A stretch of 64,000 nt of DNA from Octopus sinensis (GCF_006345805.1 NC_043020.1:14818001-14882000); one strand, 5' to 3'; shown: positions 11,741-24,982, counted from the first letter of the stretch. The notes: generated by a model not told the origin, from the sequence alone. Program-made: numbers and translations.

Positions 11741-11781
11741 CTGCATTGATAAGGGGCAAATACCCTGAAACTAGTCTGCAG
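11741..11781 (+). ncRNA. Degenerate minimal type I hammerhead ribozyme motif (Penelope/retrozyme type)
   Basis: CTGCA-TTGATAA-GGGG-CAAATA-CCCT-GAAAC-TA-GTC-TGCAG: stem I, core (consensus CTGATGA), stem II, GAAAC, palindromic ACTAGT, GTC cleavage triplet, stem I complement. Confidence 0.62.
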
Positions 11782-12703
11782 ATGCCTGACCAGCAAGGGG
11801 AAGCAGCTGACCTCCCCTGTTCGAAGGTTATAATGGACACAGGTTCGTGTGTCACATAGCTAGCTAGAGGCGATGGCCTCTTGGAGCTAATCAATGGCAG
11901 CATTTGTCCTATATTTCTGGACTACCATATTAGCTTGGCGATAACTATTAATAATAAAACACTATCTGAAATATATAGGCATAGGAGTGGCTGTGTGATA
12001 AGTAGCTTGCTTACGAACCACATGGTTTCGGGTTCAGTCCCACTGCGTGGCACCTTGGGTATGTGTCTTCTAATATAGCCTCGGGCTGACCAAAGCCTTG
12101 TAAGTGGATTTGGTAGACGGAAACTGAAAGAAGCCCGTCGTATATATGTATATATATACATATATGTATATGTATGTGCGTGTTTGCGTGTCTGTGTTTG
12201 TCCCCCCAACATCGCTTGACAACCAATGCTAGTGTGTTTACGTCCCCGTAACTTAGCAGTTCGGCAAAAAAGAGACTGATAAAATAAGTACTAGGCTTAC
12301 AAAGAATAAGTCCTGGGGTCGATTTGCTCGACTAAAGGTGGTGCTTCAGCATGGCCACAGTCACATGACTGAAACAAGTAAAAGAGTAAAAGTGTAAAAA
12401 GAGGTTTTAAATTTTGGCACAAGGCCACCAGTTTGGGGAGGGAGGCCAACTCAGTTAAATCAACTCCAGTGCTTAACTGGTACTTATTTTATCGGGCCCC
12501 AAAAGGATGAAAGGCAAAGTCAACTTCAGTGGAATTTGAACTCAGAATGTAGAGATTGACAAAATGCTGTTAAGCATCTTGCCCAGCATGCTAACAATTC
12601 TGCCAGCTTGCCACCTTAAATATCTGAAATTTATTGGGGATTGGGTCAGTTACCTGCAGAATTTGACAAATATTAAAATAACTGATTTATATTTTCTCTC
12701 CAG

Positions 12704-12795
12704 TATTTGCCAATAGTGAAGAATGCAATCATTAAATCAGGAGCTGCCATAAACCCTCAAGTGGATGGAACAACTATTTTTATTCCAATACCAAA
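12704..12795 (+). CDS. MRRF: MRRF exon 4 (YLPIVKNAIIKSGAAINPQVDGTTIFIPIP)
   Basis: CTCCAG|TAT...AA|GTAAGA, 92 nt; AIxxSG..NP..DG..I.IPIP RRF signature. Confidence 0.93.
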
Positions 12796-13389
12796 GTAAG
12801 AACTCTGTTGTAATCACTTAATGAAAATTCTTGTTGATGCTGACTCCAGCTCCCCACAACTCTATCATTTTAGGATCTAAAATTTATATTCAGCATCTTT
12901 TCGCCTCTTCTCAGCTTTGATCAAAACCTTTCTCATTATCATTTTAGTCTGTCTCTTCTGTGAATGTCTTCTATTAACTAACACAAGTGTCTTCATTCTG
13001 GCCTGTACATTGTCCTGCTTAATTACCCCGTTCATGTCAACATAGTCTTCTCTTCAGTGGATATTGGTCAAAATTTCTTAAGTTTAGTCACTGTTTAAAT
13101 CGAAACATTATTTTTCCTCCAAAATAAGTTTGTCTAATTTCAACTTTCGTTCTGAAAATTACATTTTCTTTGTTCTTTTGAAAGTGTTTAACATTAATAA
13201 TGATAAATAGTATGGTGAAAAATAGCTTTCATTTCATTCATGGACTACAGAGTTTATATGACTATGTATTTTACCAGACATGGAATTGTCAGCATCATCA
13301 TCATCATCGTTTTAATGTCCACTTTTTCATACTTGCATGGATTAGATGGATTTCATTGAGATTTTCAAACGGATTATGTAACCGAACAC

Positions 13390-13780
13390 TGTCAGCTGGA
13401 TATTGTCATATTGAATAAGAGAGACAAATACTGTCAGATCATTGATGTAGCCATACCAAATGACATGAATGTTGTGAGTAAAGAGGTTGAAAATATCACC
13501 AAGTACTCCGAACTGAAAATGGAAATGGCAAGACTGTATGAGATGTGGGAGGATAATGTAAAAGTGATACTAGTGGTGATCGGAGCATTGGGCTCAATTC
13601 CATTGAAACTTCAAGACTTCTTAAGTCAACTGGAAATCCCATGCAAGATTGATGTCTTGTAAAAAGCAGCTTTTTTGAGCACAGTGCACATCTTAAGGGA
13701 AGTATTATCTGCCTGAGGTCCTTGTTGTGACTTGACAGATGACTTAAGACTCCGGTGCATTTTTACCTACACTGTATTAC
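13390..13780 (+). mobile_element. R4/NeSL-like non-LTR retrotransposon 3' fragment (RLE domain)
   Basis: LDIVILNKRDKYCQIIDVAIPND...KEVENITKYSELK...VVIGALGSIP...L*KAAFLSTVHILREVL matches the PDIV..DVA.P..K..KY..L..GALG RLE pattern. Confidence 0.8.
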
Positions 13781-13994
13781 AATCCTTTCTATTATAGGCA
13801 CAAGGCCTGAAATTTGGGGGAAGGGGATAGTCGATTACATTGACCACAATACTCAACTGGTACTTAATTTATCGACCCCAAAAGGATGAAAAGCAAAGTC
13901 AACCTTGGTGGAATTTGAACTCAGAATGTAAGACAGACAAAATGCCATTAAGCATTTTGCCCAGCATGATTATGATTCTGCCCACTCACTGCCT

Positions 13995-14858
<864 letters not shown>

Positions 14859-14859
<1 letters not shown>

Positions 14860-15382
14860 GCCCTGATGCAGTACTAGGCAGTGGCTCTCGTGGTTTCTGA
14901 TCTTAACTGATTGGAAGTGTTATCATGTACATTGCTTTGTCTTGGTATAAAAGATGGGCTACAGCAAATATGCTGCTCAATACCACAGATTTGAGCATGT
15001 CCCTTAGTGGCTGACGATATGTGCATCTCTGATCACGAGCAGAAGTAGTGGGGGAGTATCATAGCCATGTGTTGAGAGGGATTCTTAGGGGTTTGAATAA
15101 TTCATTTCTGGAAACATGGGTGTTTTGTTCAACATCCTTAAACAACCCTTATTCAGGGACCTTTTGAGTGGGATGGGTTACTCAACCAAAAGAAAATTCT
15201 AACTGGGCCTCACCTGCAAGGTCATGTGCTGTTTATCTTGATATGAGATCACCATGTTGTGCACATATGGTTGTGATGCATGTGCCTGGTGTACCCTTAT
15301 CAGACGGGTAGTCATGATGGGTATATTGGGCTTCGTATTTTACCCCAGTGTCACTTTGATGGCATACACTGCTCTCTCACTC
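14859..15382. mobile_element. Unclassified ~520-bp interspersed element flanked by (AAT)n on both sides
   Basis: Sharp boundaries GCCCTGATGCAG...CTCTCTCACTC with AAT repeats at both ends; no ORF; class unknown. Confidence 0.55.
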
Positions 15383-15502
15383 AATAATAATAATTACACT
15401 GGCCGTTTAACAATTAGATTTATTGTATAGATAAGAGAGACAGCAATGAAGACTTAATAAAACTGTTTTGGAGGAAATTCTCCATATGTTAGATTTATAA
15501 TA

Positions 15503-16290
15503 TATTGGGTCATCCCATAAATAATGCAGTTTTTTTTTATACTTTTATTTTTCAAAATTAAGATGAACAAAGTTCTTTTTTAATCTAAAATATACTCTCC
15601 TTCATTTTCTACAATGCCTTTCCATCTATGTGGTAAACTTGCAAGGCCCGTCTTCCAAAATTCACATGTCCATGACGAAAAATACTCCTCCAGTACTGTT
15701 CTGACCTCGTCTACAGAATTCATATTTTTTCCATCCAAATGATTTTGAAGACTGCAGAATAAATGATAATCAGATGGAGCAATGTCCAGTGAATATAGTG
15801 GGTGGGGCATCGTTTCCCATTCAAACTGTGCCAGCCTTCAGAATGTCATCCTCGCTGTATGTGGCCAAGCATTATCTTGATGGAAGAACACCTTTCATCC
15901 TGAAATCAAAGATGGTCGTTTTCTTCTAGCACTGACTTGAATGACAGGTTGAATGGCCAAATCTAAGCTTCTCTGCTAGTTTCTCAACAGTTACGATGGG
16001 ATTTTGTTCCACCAGAGTTTGCAGAATGTCCTCGTTGAGCTCTACAAATCTTCCAGGACGAGGCTCATCTTCTAGGCTGTAGTTTCCAGCTCGGAATTTC
16101 TGGAACTACAGTTGACACAGGCTTGTGCTTATTGTCTGATCCCATATACTGCATTAACAATCCTCGCACTTTCTGTTGCATTGTTGCCTTTACTGAATTC
16201 ATAAAGCAAAATATGCTGAATATGCTCCTTTGTCACTTCCATTATAGCTTTGAAAAAATAACTGTTAAAATCGAACTGCACTTTTCAGGA
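15503..16290 (-). mobile_element. Mariner transposon remnant, internally deleted transposase pseudogene
   Basis: N-terminus MEVTKEHIQHILLYEF...SLEDEPRPGR (ATG 16242), then a jump to HQDNAWPH...HPLYSLDIAPSDYHLF...ENEGEYILD; TA + TTGGGTCATCCCATAAAT terminus at 15503; in-frame stops. Confidence 0.9.
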
Positions 16291-17337
16291 GGAGGAGGTA
16301 GTGATGGTGGTGGTGGTGGTGGTGTGGTGGCGGCGGTGGCGGCTGCTGCTGTTGTTGTTGTTTTGAAGGGTGTAGTGTCTATCTATTCTTTTTCTGCATA
16401 TTAACCCTGGTCAATTTCTAAAAGCCTTAGAATGCAATGTTTTTCCCTTCCAACCAAAAGTATTTTGTCATTTTTAAGTTTCTTTCTAGGATGTACTTCC
16501 ACATTTAAAACTTTTCCTCTAATTCTACTGATTTAATTATGAGAGTTAGGACATCAGAAGCAAGAGTTCCATTGGGTAGTTGGTGTTGAACTGGGGAACT
16601 ATAATAAACAGGAGAGGGCTGAGAAACTAGCCTTGATGGACGCCTAATTTCTTTACTGAACTTATTACTAACACTTACCTTATTAGCAGCATCTCTGTCC
16701 ATGTTTGCACTGCTCTCACAAATCATTCATCTATACCCAATTAATAGATTAGCAAGCATAGTATTTTGTCACAGGTCTTCTCTTGCTCAATGAATGTTAG
16801 CTATAATGGTTTGTTCTTTGTTGAGAACTTTTCCTGTAGCTGTTTCACTGAAAAGAAGACATCAGTCCTTTCCATTTCCTGACACAAACCCAAACTGCAC
16901 CCTGTTTGAGCTAATTCCCTTTCTGTCACTTTCACTTTCATAACATGGTCCACAAATTTGATGCCTTTGTAGTTGGTCTTTTCTTAATTATCTTCTTTGC
17001 TCTTGTAGCAGTAGACAGCGATATTGCCATGCTAGTCAGTGACGATAACACCTCTTTGTATGGCCTGCTTATAAATGAAAGTCCTATTTGTATATCCTAC
17101 ATCTGGATATTTTCAATGTCTATTTCTCTTGGGTCTACAGCTTACCTTGCCTCTATATCTTTAGTGACCCTTTTTGTTTAAAATCATTTCATTTCATTTG
17201 AGATTGTTGATGTACTTGAAAAATTATTTACAGCACACAATATTCTCAAATCCCTCTTATAATATGACATACTTATCCTTTTGCCTTTGTAGAAAACAAT
17301 TATGTAACTTAACCCTTTAAATTTCTGTTTTGTTTAG

Positions 17338-17497
17338 AGTCTCAAAAGAACATCGTGAAAAGCTCTGCAAATCTGCTAAGACATTTTGTGATAAAAGTAA
17401 GCAGAAACTGCGTGAAATTTGCAATAGATATACAAAGAAATTGAAAGCTAGCAAAGGCGCCTTCTCAGAAGATTTAATTATAAATATTCAAGAATCG
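17338..17497 (+). CDS. MRRF: MRRF exon 5 (VSKEHREKLCKSAKTFCDKSKQKLREICNRYTKKLKASKGAFSEDLIINIQES)
   Basis: GTTTAG|A...TCG|GTAAGT, 160 nt; EHRExL.K and SED motifs of RRF. Confidence 0.93.
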
Positions 17498-17507
17498 GTA
17501 AGTTTAA

Positions 17508-17729
17508 CCCTTTCGTTACTGTATTTATTTTGAGATGCTCTGTGTTTCTTTCAATTAATTTTAAATATAACAAAGAATTTAGTAAAATAACTTAGTTATC
17601 ATTAAGCTAGTGTTGGGAATATAAATTGTGACTAAGGTTTGTTGGAAGATTTTAATTCAAAACTTATGAAAACAAGATATTTGTACTACTGAGCCAGAGA
17701 TGGTTTCAGGTGGGTTGGTATCAAAATGG
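17508..17729. mobile_element. piggyBac-type MITE (~220 bp), TTAA flanks
   Basis: TTAA|CCCTTTCGTTAC...GTATCAAAATGG|TTAA. Confidence 0.85.
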
Positions 17730-17805
17730 TTAAGACAGGAAGAACTAGCAGTGGCCCAAGGTGTCTTTATACTTATGTATCATTCATTTTTTACATCTGT
17801 TTTAA

Positions 17806-18026
17806 CACTTTTGTTACCATATTTCTGTTGAGATACTCTGTGTTTCTTTCAATTAATTTTAAATATAACAAAGAATTTAGTAAAATAACTTAGTTATCAT
17901 TCAGCTAGTGTTAGGAATATAAATTGTGACTAAGGTTTGATTGAAGATTTTAATTCAAAACTTATGAAAACAAGACATTTGTACTCAGAGCCAGAGCCGG
18001 TTTCAGCTGGGTTGGTAACAAAAGGG
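17806..18026. mobile_element. Second copy of the same piggyBac-type MITE
   Basis: TTAA|CACTTTTGTTACC...GGTAACAAAAGGG|TTAA; body nearly identical to 17508-17729. Confidence 0.85.
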
Positions 18027-18064
18027 TTAAAAAGCTCTTGTTTGAAGAAATTGTCTTGAAGATT

Positions 18065-18290
18065 CAGAATTTGCCAGCCTCGTCTGGCACCTGTGCCGGT
18101 GGCACGTAAAAAGTACCCACTACACTCATGGAGTGGTTGGTGTTACGATGGGCATCCAGCCATAGAAACATTGCCAGATCAGACTGGGCCTGGTGCAGCC
18201 TTCTGGCTTCCCAGACCCCAGTTGAACCGTCCAACCCATGCCAGCATGGAAAGCGGATGCTAAACGATGATGATGATGATGATGATGTTG
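18065..18290 (+). mobile_element. SINE/LINE-tail family C ending in (GAT)n, with GGAAGGGCATCCAGC motif
   Basis: Shared 3' end; other copies at about 18985-19440(-), 37395-37615(+), 46055-46290(+), 50118-50330(-), 63045-63205(-). Confidence 0.75.
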
Positions 18291-18559
18291 TGTCTCCTCT
18301 CTCTGCCTTTTCTGCCACTACTACAATGGCCTCTACTCCTTGGAACTGGCTTGTCTTCTGCCTCCTTCACTTACTCTTGACTTAAACATCTCTCCTCTCA
18401 TCCAAACCCTAACCCTAACCTCACCAAGACCCAATCCTTTTTTGTCCCCCAGAGCACTGGTTGTCTGGAATTCCCTCCCTCCTTGTATCTTTCCTGCAAC
18501 AGTTTAAGTAAAACAATGGCATTAGTCATTGAGCTAAGAGGATTTATGAAGGTTATCTG

Positions 18560-18958
18560 TGCTGTCCCCTTTTTTACCAGACTAACAAACAATAACTTTG
18601 AGCACCTTTTCAAACTCCACCCGTCTAACACCCATGGACATATTTACAAAGTCAGAAAACAGCACAGCTCCCATGACTTTAGGAAACATTTTTTCATGCT
18701 GAGAATTGCTGAAGCATGGAACAAACTGCCGGCATCAGTTGTTAGTTGTTGGAGCACTGCATCCTTCAAAACTTCCATGCTTTCTGAGATTCGCCAACAC
18801 TACACCTGATTTTCTCCCCTCCATACACACGCAATCATGTATCTGACTCATACACTGTTCGCTTTCCAGACATTTGTACATTACTGCATATACTCTATAC
18901 ACACTTTCTGACAAGTTGTGGTGCACCTGAGCACTGTATACAATAATTTCATTATTAT
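18560..18958 (+). mobile_element. CR1-type LINE 3' end
   Basis: HLFKLHPSNTHGHIYKVRKQHSSHDFRKHFFMLRIAEAWNKLP, (ATT)n tail; same family at 20510-21000(-), 38762-39065(-), 41110-41440(+), 58253-58825(+). Confidence 0.88.
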
Positions 18959-19644
18959 CAAATAGAGGAAAAAAAGGTGGATTATCATCATCATCATCGT
19001 TTAGCGTCCGTTTTCCATGCTAGCATGGGTTGGACGGTTCTACTGGGGTCTGTGAAGCCAGAAGGCTTCATCAGGCCCAGTCAAATCTGGCAGTGTTTCT
19101 ACGGCTGGATGCCCTTCCTAATGCCAACCACTCCGTGAGTGTAGTGGGTGCTTTTTACGTGCCACCCACACAGGTGCCAGACAGAGCTGGCGAACGGCCA
19201 CGAATGGATGCTGCTTTTTATGTGCCACCGGCACGAGGGCCAGGCGAGGCTGACAACAGACACGAAACGGGGTGGTGCTGGCAACGGTCGCAAAACAGAA
19301 GGATCTCTTACATGCCACCGGCACTGGTAACACATCTGCAATTTCCATTGATCGATTTCGATTCTGATCCTCACTTGCCTCAACAGGTCTTCACAAGTAG
19401 AGTTTTGTGTCCCAAGAAGGGAAGGTATCTTCATAAAAAAGTGTCTGTATATGGTTAGAGATAACAGCAACCAGGCAGTGTATGAGACACTCAGTGTTAA
19501 CAAAACTGTAGTGGGAGACAGAGACCTGTAACACTTGATGTGATAAAGTGGTTGATTTTCATATCATTTTCAGTAAATCACTGCTGTTGTATTTTGTTGT
19601 TACTATGGTTACAATGTTTACTAATGGTATTCTATTTTATGCAG

Positions 19645-19731
19645 TTGATACATCAGATGCAAGGGAAGATGACAGAAGCCGAGGAGATGATGGCACGGAA
19701 ACAAAAAGATTTGTTAGGAGACCAGAAATAA
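19645..19731 (+). CDS. MRRF: MRRF last coding exon (LIHQMQGKMTEAEEMMARKQKDLLGDQK*)
   Basis: ATGCAG|TTG...TAA; RRF C-terminus KxKxLL. Summed CDS is 837 nt (840 with the alternative acceptor) with no stop. Confidence 0.9.
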   Translation: MIHQMQGKMTEAEEMMARKQKDLLGDQK

Positions 19732-19832
19732 TTAATTAAAAAAGAAAAAAAGTAAGAAAGAAATCTTGTGTTTTAGTCCTTTCTCTTGTATAATTTTTTT
19801 ATATTTGTATGAGTTCTTGAAGACAAAAGGAA

Positions 19833-19838
19833 AATAAA
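19833..19838 (+). terminator. Candidate MRRF polyadenylation signal AATAAA
   Basis: First AATAAA about 100 nt after the stop codon; common hexamer in AT-rich DNA. Confidence 0.4.
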
Positions 19839-21402
19839 GATTCAATGCATGCCAACATGATGGCTTGTAGTTAGAAAATCTTTAATGTGTTTGTGTGAAT
19901 TGTACATATGGTAAGAAGCTTGCTTCCCAATCACGTTGTACCAGGTTCACTCCCACTGCATAGCACCTTGGGCAAGTGTCTTCTACTATAGCCTTGGGCT
20001 GTCCAAAGACTTGTGAGTAGATTTGGTAGACAGAAACTGGAAGAAGCCTGTCATATATATATGTGTGTGTGTCTTTGTGTCTGTGTTTGTCCCCCCCCCA
20101 TCACTGCTTGACAGCCAGTGTTGGTGTGTTTATGTAGCCATAACTTAGCAGTTCACCAAAAGAGATTGATAGAATAAGTACTCAGGTTAAGAAATAAGTC
20201 CTGGGATTCGTTTGATGACTGAAACCTTTCAAGGCAGTGCTCCAGCATGGCTGCAGTCAAATTACTGAAACAACTAAAATGATAAAAGAATATAGGGTAT
20301 ATATTTATATATACACCCACCACAAATATTGGCTTCAAATTTTGGCACAAGGCCAGAAATTTCAGGGGAAGGCGTAAGTCAATCACATCAACCCCAGAGC
20401 TGAATTGGTATTTATTTTATTGACTCTGAAAGGATGAAAGGCAAAGTTTACCTTGGCAGAATTTGAACTCAGAATGTAAAGGTGAATGAAATGCTGCTAA
20501 GCATTTTATAATAATAATAATGAAATTATTGTATACAGTGCTCAGGTGCACCACAACTTGTCAGAAAGTGCGTATAGAGTATATGCAGTAATGTACAAAT
20601 GTCTGGAAAGTGAACGGTGTATGAGTCAGATACATGCTTGCGTGTGTATGGAGGGGAGAAAATCAGGTGTAGTGTTGGGGAATCTCAGGAAGCATTGAAG
20701 TTTTGAAGGATGCAGTGCTCTAACCACTGATGCCGGTATTTTGTTCCATGCTTCAGCAACTCTTGGTGTGAAAAAAATGTTTCTGAAAATCATGGGAACT
20801 GTGCTGTTTTCTAACTTTGTAAACATGTCCACGGGTGTTAGACAGGTGGAGTTGGAAAAGGTGCTTGGATTTATTGTTAGTAAGATGGTTAATAATTTTA
20901 TGGGTATCTGCCAAGTCAGCTGCCAGATGTCGGAGTTTCAATGTATCCATGCCCAGGGAAGTAAGGCATTCAGAATATGGCAAATGCCCGTTTTTTTTTG
21001 TTTTTTTTTTGGCATGTCAGCAATTCTGCCAGCTCACTGCCTTACTCTTCATAAATATTAATGTTCAATGGATATTTATCTTGTTTAGAATTTTGTTATC
21101 TTAGGCATTCAGCTGTAGGTGATTGTTTAGAAGAAGAAATGTGTCATAACTTTCCTAAAAATCAGAGAGGGAGAAATGAGGTGTTGAAGAGGCAAAAAAG
21201 CTGTGGGAAGAGAACAGTGCAAAAAAGAAGTAGTGGGGAGTGGTGGGAACAGTAAGAGAAAGAAAGGGTGGATAGAGAAATGAAAGGGAGAATATATATT
21301 GGGTGGCAATAAAGGTTATGTAGGGGGTGGGGTAGAATGTGTTGGTTGGTAGTACAGCAGGACAAACCATGCTGGCATGGAAAGTGAACATCTAATAATA
21401 AT

Positions 21403-23328
21403 CATCATCATCATCATCATCATCATTTAACGTCCGCTTTCCATGCTAGCATGGGTTGGACGGTTCAACTGGGGTCTGGGGAGCCCGAAAGCTGCACCAG
21501 TCCAGTCAGATCTGGCAGTGTTTCTACAGCTGGATGCCCTTCCTAACGCCAACCACTCCGAGAGTGTAGTGGGTGATTTTATGTGCCACCGACACAGGTG
21601 CCAGACGAGGCTGGCAAACGGCCACGCTCGGATGGTGTTTTTTATGTGCCACCGACACAGGTGCCAGACGAGGCTGGCAGACGGCCACGCTCGGATGGTG
21701 TTTTTATGTGCCACTGACACAGGTGCCAGATGAGGCTGGCAAACGGCCACGATCGGATGGTGCTTGTTACGTGCCCACAGCACGGAGGCCAGTCGATGCG
21801 GTACTGGCTACGGCCACGTTCGGATGGTTTTATTGTGTGTCACGTGCCACCGGCACTGGTACCACAAAGATACAAATTCCATTGATGTTCATCTATTTTG
21901 ATTTGTTTTGATTTGATTTTATTTGATTTTCACTTGCCTCAACAGGTCTTCACAAGTGTCACAAGAAGGAAGGTATGCACAGGTGGACTGACTACGTCCC
22001 AGGTAGGGGCCATGGGTTATGGCCTGACTAGTCTTGCCGGGTCTTCGGATGGTGTTTTTATGTGCCACCGACACAGGTGCTAGATGAGGCTGGCGAACGG
22101 CCACGATCGGATGGTGTTTGTCATGTGCCCACCGCACTGACTACAGCACTGATGGATTTCTTGTGTGCCACAGGCACTGGTACCACAAGATACAAATTCC
22201 ATTGATGTTCATCTATTTTGTCTATTTTGATTTGATTTGATTTGATTTGATTTTCACTTGCCTCACCGGTCTTCACAAGTGTCACAAGAAGGAAGGTATG
22301 CACAGGTGGACTGACTAGTCTTGCCGGGTCTTCGGAAGGTGTTTTTATGTGCCACCGACACAGGTGCCAGATGAGGCTGGCGAACGGCCATGATCGGATG
22401 GTGTTTGTTACGTGCCCACAGCACGGAGGCCGGTCGATGCGGAACTGGCTACGGCCACGTTCGGATGGTTCTCATGTGTGCCACTGGCACTGGTACCACA
22501 AAGTGTGTGCCACCGGCACTGGTACCACAAAGATACAGATTCCATTGATGTTCATCTATTTTGATTTGTTTTGATTTTGATTTTGATTTTCACTTGCCTC
22601 AACAGGTCTTCACAAGTGTCACAAGAAGGAAGGTATGCACAGGTGGACTGACTACATCCCAGGTAGGGGCCATGGGTTATGGCCTGACTAGTCTTGCCGG
22701 GTCTTCGGATGGTGTTTTTATGTGCCACCGACACAGGTGCTAGATGAGGCTGGCGAACGGCCACGATCGGATGGTGTTTGTCATGTGCCCACAGCACGGA
22801 GGCAGTCGATGCGGTACTGGCTACGGCCACTTTCGGATGGTTTTCTCTTGTGTGCCACCGGCACTGGTACCACAAAGATACAAATTCCATTGATGTTCAT
22901 CTATTTTGATTTGTTTTGATTTTGATTTTGATTTTGATTTTCACTTGCCTCAACAGGCCTTCACAAGTATCACAAGGAGGAAGGTATGCACAGGTGGACT
23001 GACTACGTCCCAGGTAGGGGCCATGGTTTATGGCCTGACTAGTCTTGCCGGGTCTTCGGATGGTGTTTTTATGTGCCACCGACACAGGTGCTAGATGAGG
23101 CTGGCGAACGGCCACGACCGGATGGTGTTTGTTATGTGCCCACAGCACGATGGCCAGTGATGCGGTACTGACTACGGCCACGTTCGGATGGATTCTTGTG
23201 TGCCACCGGCACTGGTACCACAAGCAGTACTGACTACGGCCACGTTCGGATGGATTCTTGTGTGCCACCGGCACTGGTACCACAAAGATACAAATTCCAT
23301 TGATGTTCATCTATTTTGATTTGTTTTG
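21403..23328 (-). repeat. Higher-order tandem array (4 units of 320-410 bp with internal ~63-bp subunits and (GATTT)n) attached to a family C tail
   Basis: Marker GATACA(A/G)ATTCC at 21869, 22189, 22532, 22877, 23287. Confidence 0.9.
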
Positions 23329-24518
23329 ATGATAATTCTCCTGCAGTTGATTTAGTTGGAAGATTGAATCCGTGGTACCATTACTAAGCTTGTAACCAAA
23401 CTGCATCTCATCTAGGTTGACTATTTTGCATCAATTGTGCTATGGCACTGTCTGTGACCTTCACAACCTACATTAACAATTCATAGAAGAGGAAAATATT
23501 TTGTTCCCTTCAAAATGTTTAACAACAGCAGATAAAAATGACTAAGTAAAGTAAATTGGCTTTAAATGGGTCTAGAACCAAACAGTAGTCTTAGTTTTAG
23601 ATTTTATTTTTCCACTTGTTACTATTGACCAAACAACAAACACCAAATATCAGAAATATAACAATTTAATTTTCAAAGAAAAATAATTACACAACAAAAT
23701 ATTTATAAATCTAATTATATTTAATTATAGTATCTTTGATATTTTCCTTCAAATATCAGTCACAGGGATGTCTGTATAGTTGAGAAGTTCACTTCTCAAC
23801 CACATGATTCCAAGTTCAATCCCACTCTGTAGCACCTTGGATCTTCTACTATAATCTTGGGCTAACCAGTGCCTTGTGAGAGAATTTGGTGGAGAGAAAC
23901 TGTATGAAGCTTGTCGTGTGTGTGTGTGTGAATGTTTACAGTTTGTGCTTTGCATGAAAAATCACTGAGCTACAAAAAGATAATGTTTGTTGTCATTACC
24001 TGTCAACAGATTGTCTACTTGCTCAGTGCTTTCAAAGATGAGTGGAGTATAACAGTTCCTTCCTTAACCAACAGGTAAGGCTTCGCAAGAGGAAAAATAT
24101 TCAACTGTAAAACAATTCTTCAGCAGAATGTATCATCTAACCTCAGTTAGTATGGCAAAATAGAAATCAAACAATTAATTGACGAGTTTGTTTTGGAAAT
24201 CACATTTTATGATTAATGAAATTCTAAACAGAGGATAAACAATCAACAAATGATACAGAGATTAATTTTAATTAATCCTTGTACAGCGTTTTAAGTTCGT
24301 CTGTTTTACTATAGTGACAAAGATTCAAGACTATGTCAGTATGGCAATAATGTTAGATTCCTTTCTTATAAAAATTAAATTTAAAGATTATTGTCAAGTT
24401 CTTACACATCTCAGCTTCTACAAATCACCATTTGTTTTATAAAATTATATGATTTCATAAGTTACACATAATATTTAACTGAATGATGTAGTAATTTAAA
24501 CTTTTACATCATAATGAA

Positions 24519-24524
24519 TTTATT
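24519..24524 (-). terminator. Candidate PHYHD1 polyadenylation signal AATAAA
   Basis: TTTATT on plus, about 96 nt past the stop codon. Confidence 0.35.
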
Positions 24525-24619
24525 TAATTTTAATGAGTTTAGATTCTTTAAAATAAAACTATATAGTGTACTACTATTTCTTACAAAAATGTAATTTTTT
24601 CAAGAATAATTTTTTTCAA

Positions 24620-24680
24620 TTAAGGACTGGTATCTTGTCTGTAGAGATGTTCAAAGGAATAGTCAGCAGTTGGCTGTAAC
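24620..24680 (-). CDS. PHYHD1: PHYHD1 last coding exon ((W)LQPTADYSFEHLYRQDTSP*)
   Basis: ATACAG|G TTA CAG CCA...TAA; completes the NWLQP motif of PHYHD1. Confidence 0.92.
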
Positions 24681-24982
24681 CTGTATAAACAGAAAGAATT
24701 TAAGAAATAGTTTTAGCCAGCTGAGAAGATTTGAGTTAGAATACTGAAAAAATCAACATAAGTACCAGATATATCTGATTATTATTGGGTGAAAGTTTCA
24801 GAACTGTAGTAAAATAGGAAATTAGAGTTTCCCGTTTACTTAAGTATGTTGTTGTTTAGCCTGGTCATCATTCATACAGCAGAGCTATGATTAACAGCGT
24901 TCATTCTTTCTTAACCCTCCCTGACCAGAGCCCTTGTATCTAACTTTACTTTCCACCTGGGCTCATGAGCAAAAAATAAATA

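Noticed and set aside
21590-21625. Hammerhead-like CAGACGAG...CAAAC in the 63-bp unit, and CTGTTGAG...GAAA in the higher-order repeat
   Set aside because: Core bases are wrong in all copies and no stem I/II/III can be formed.
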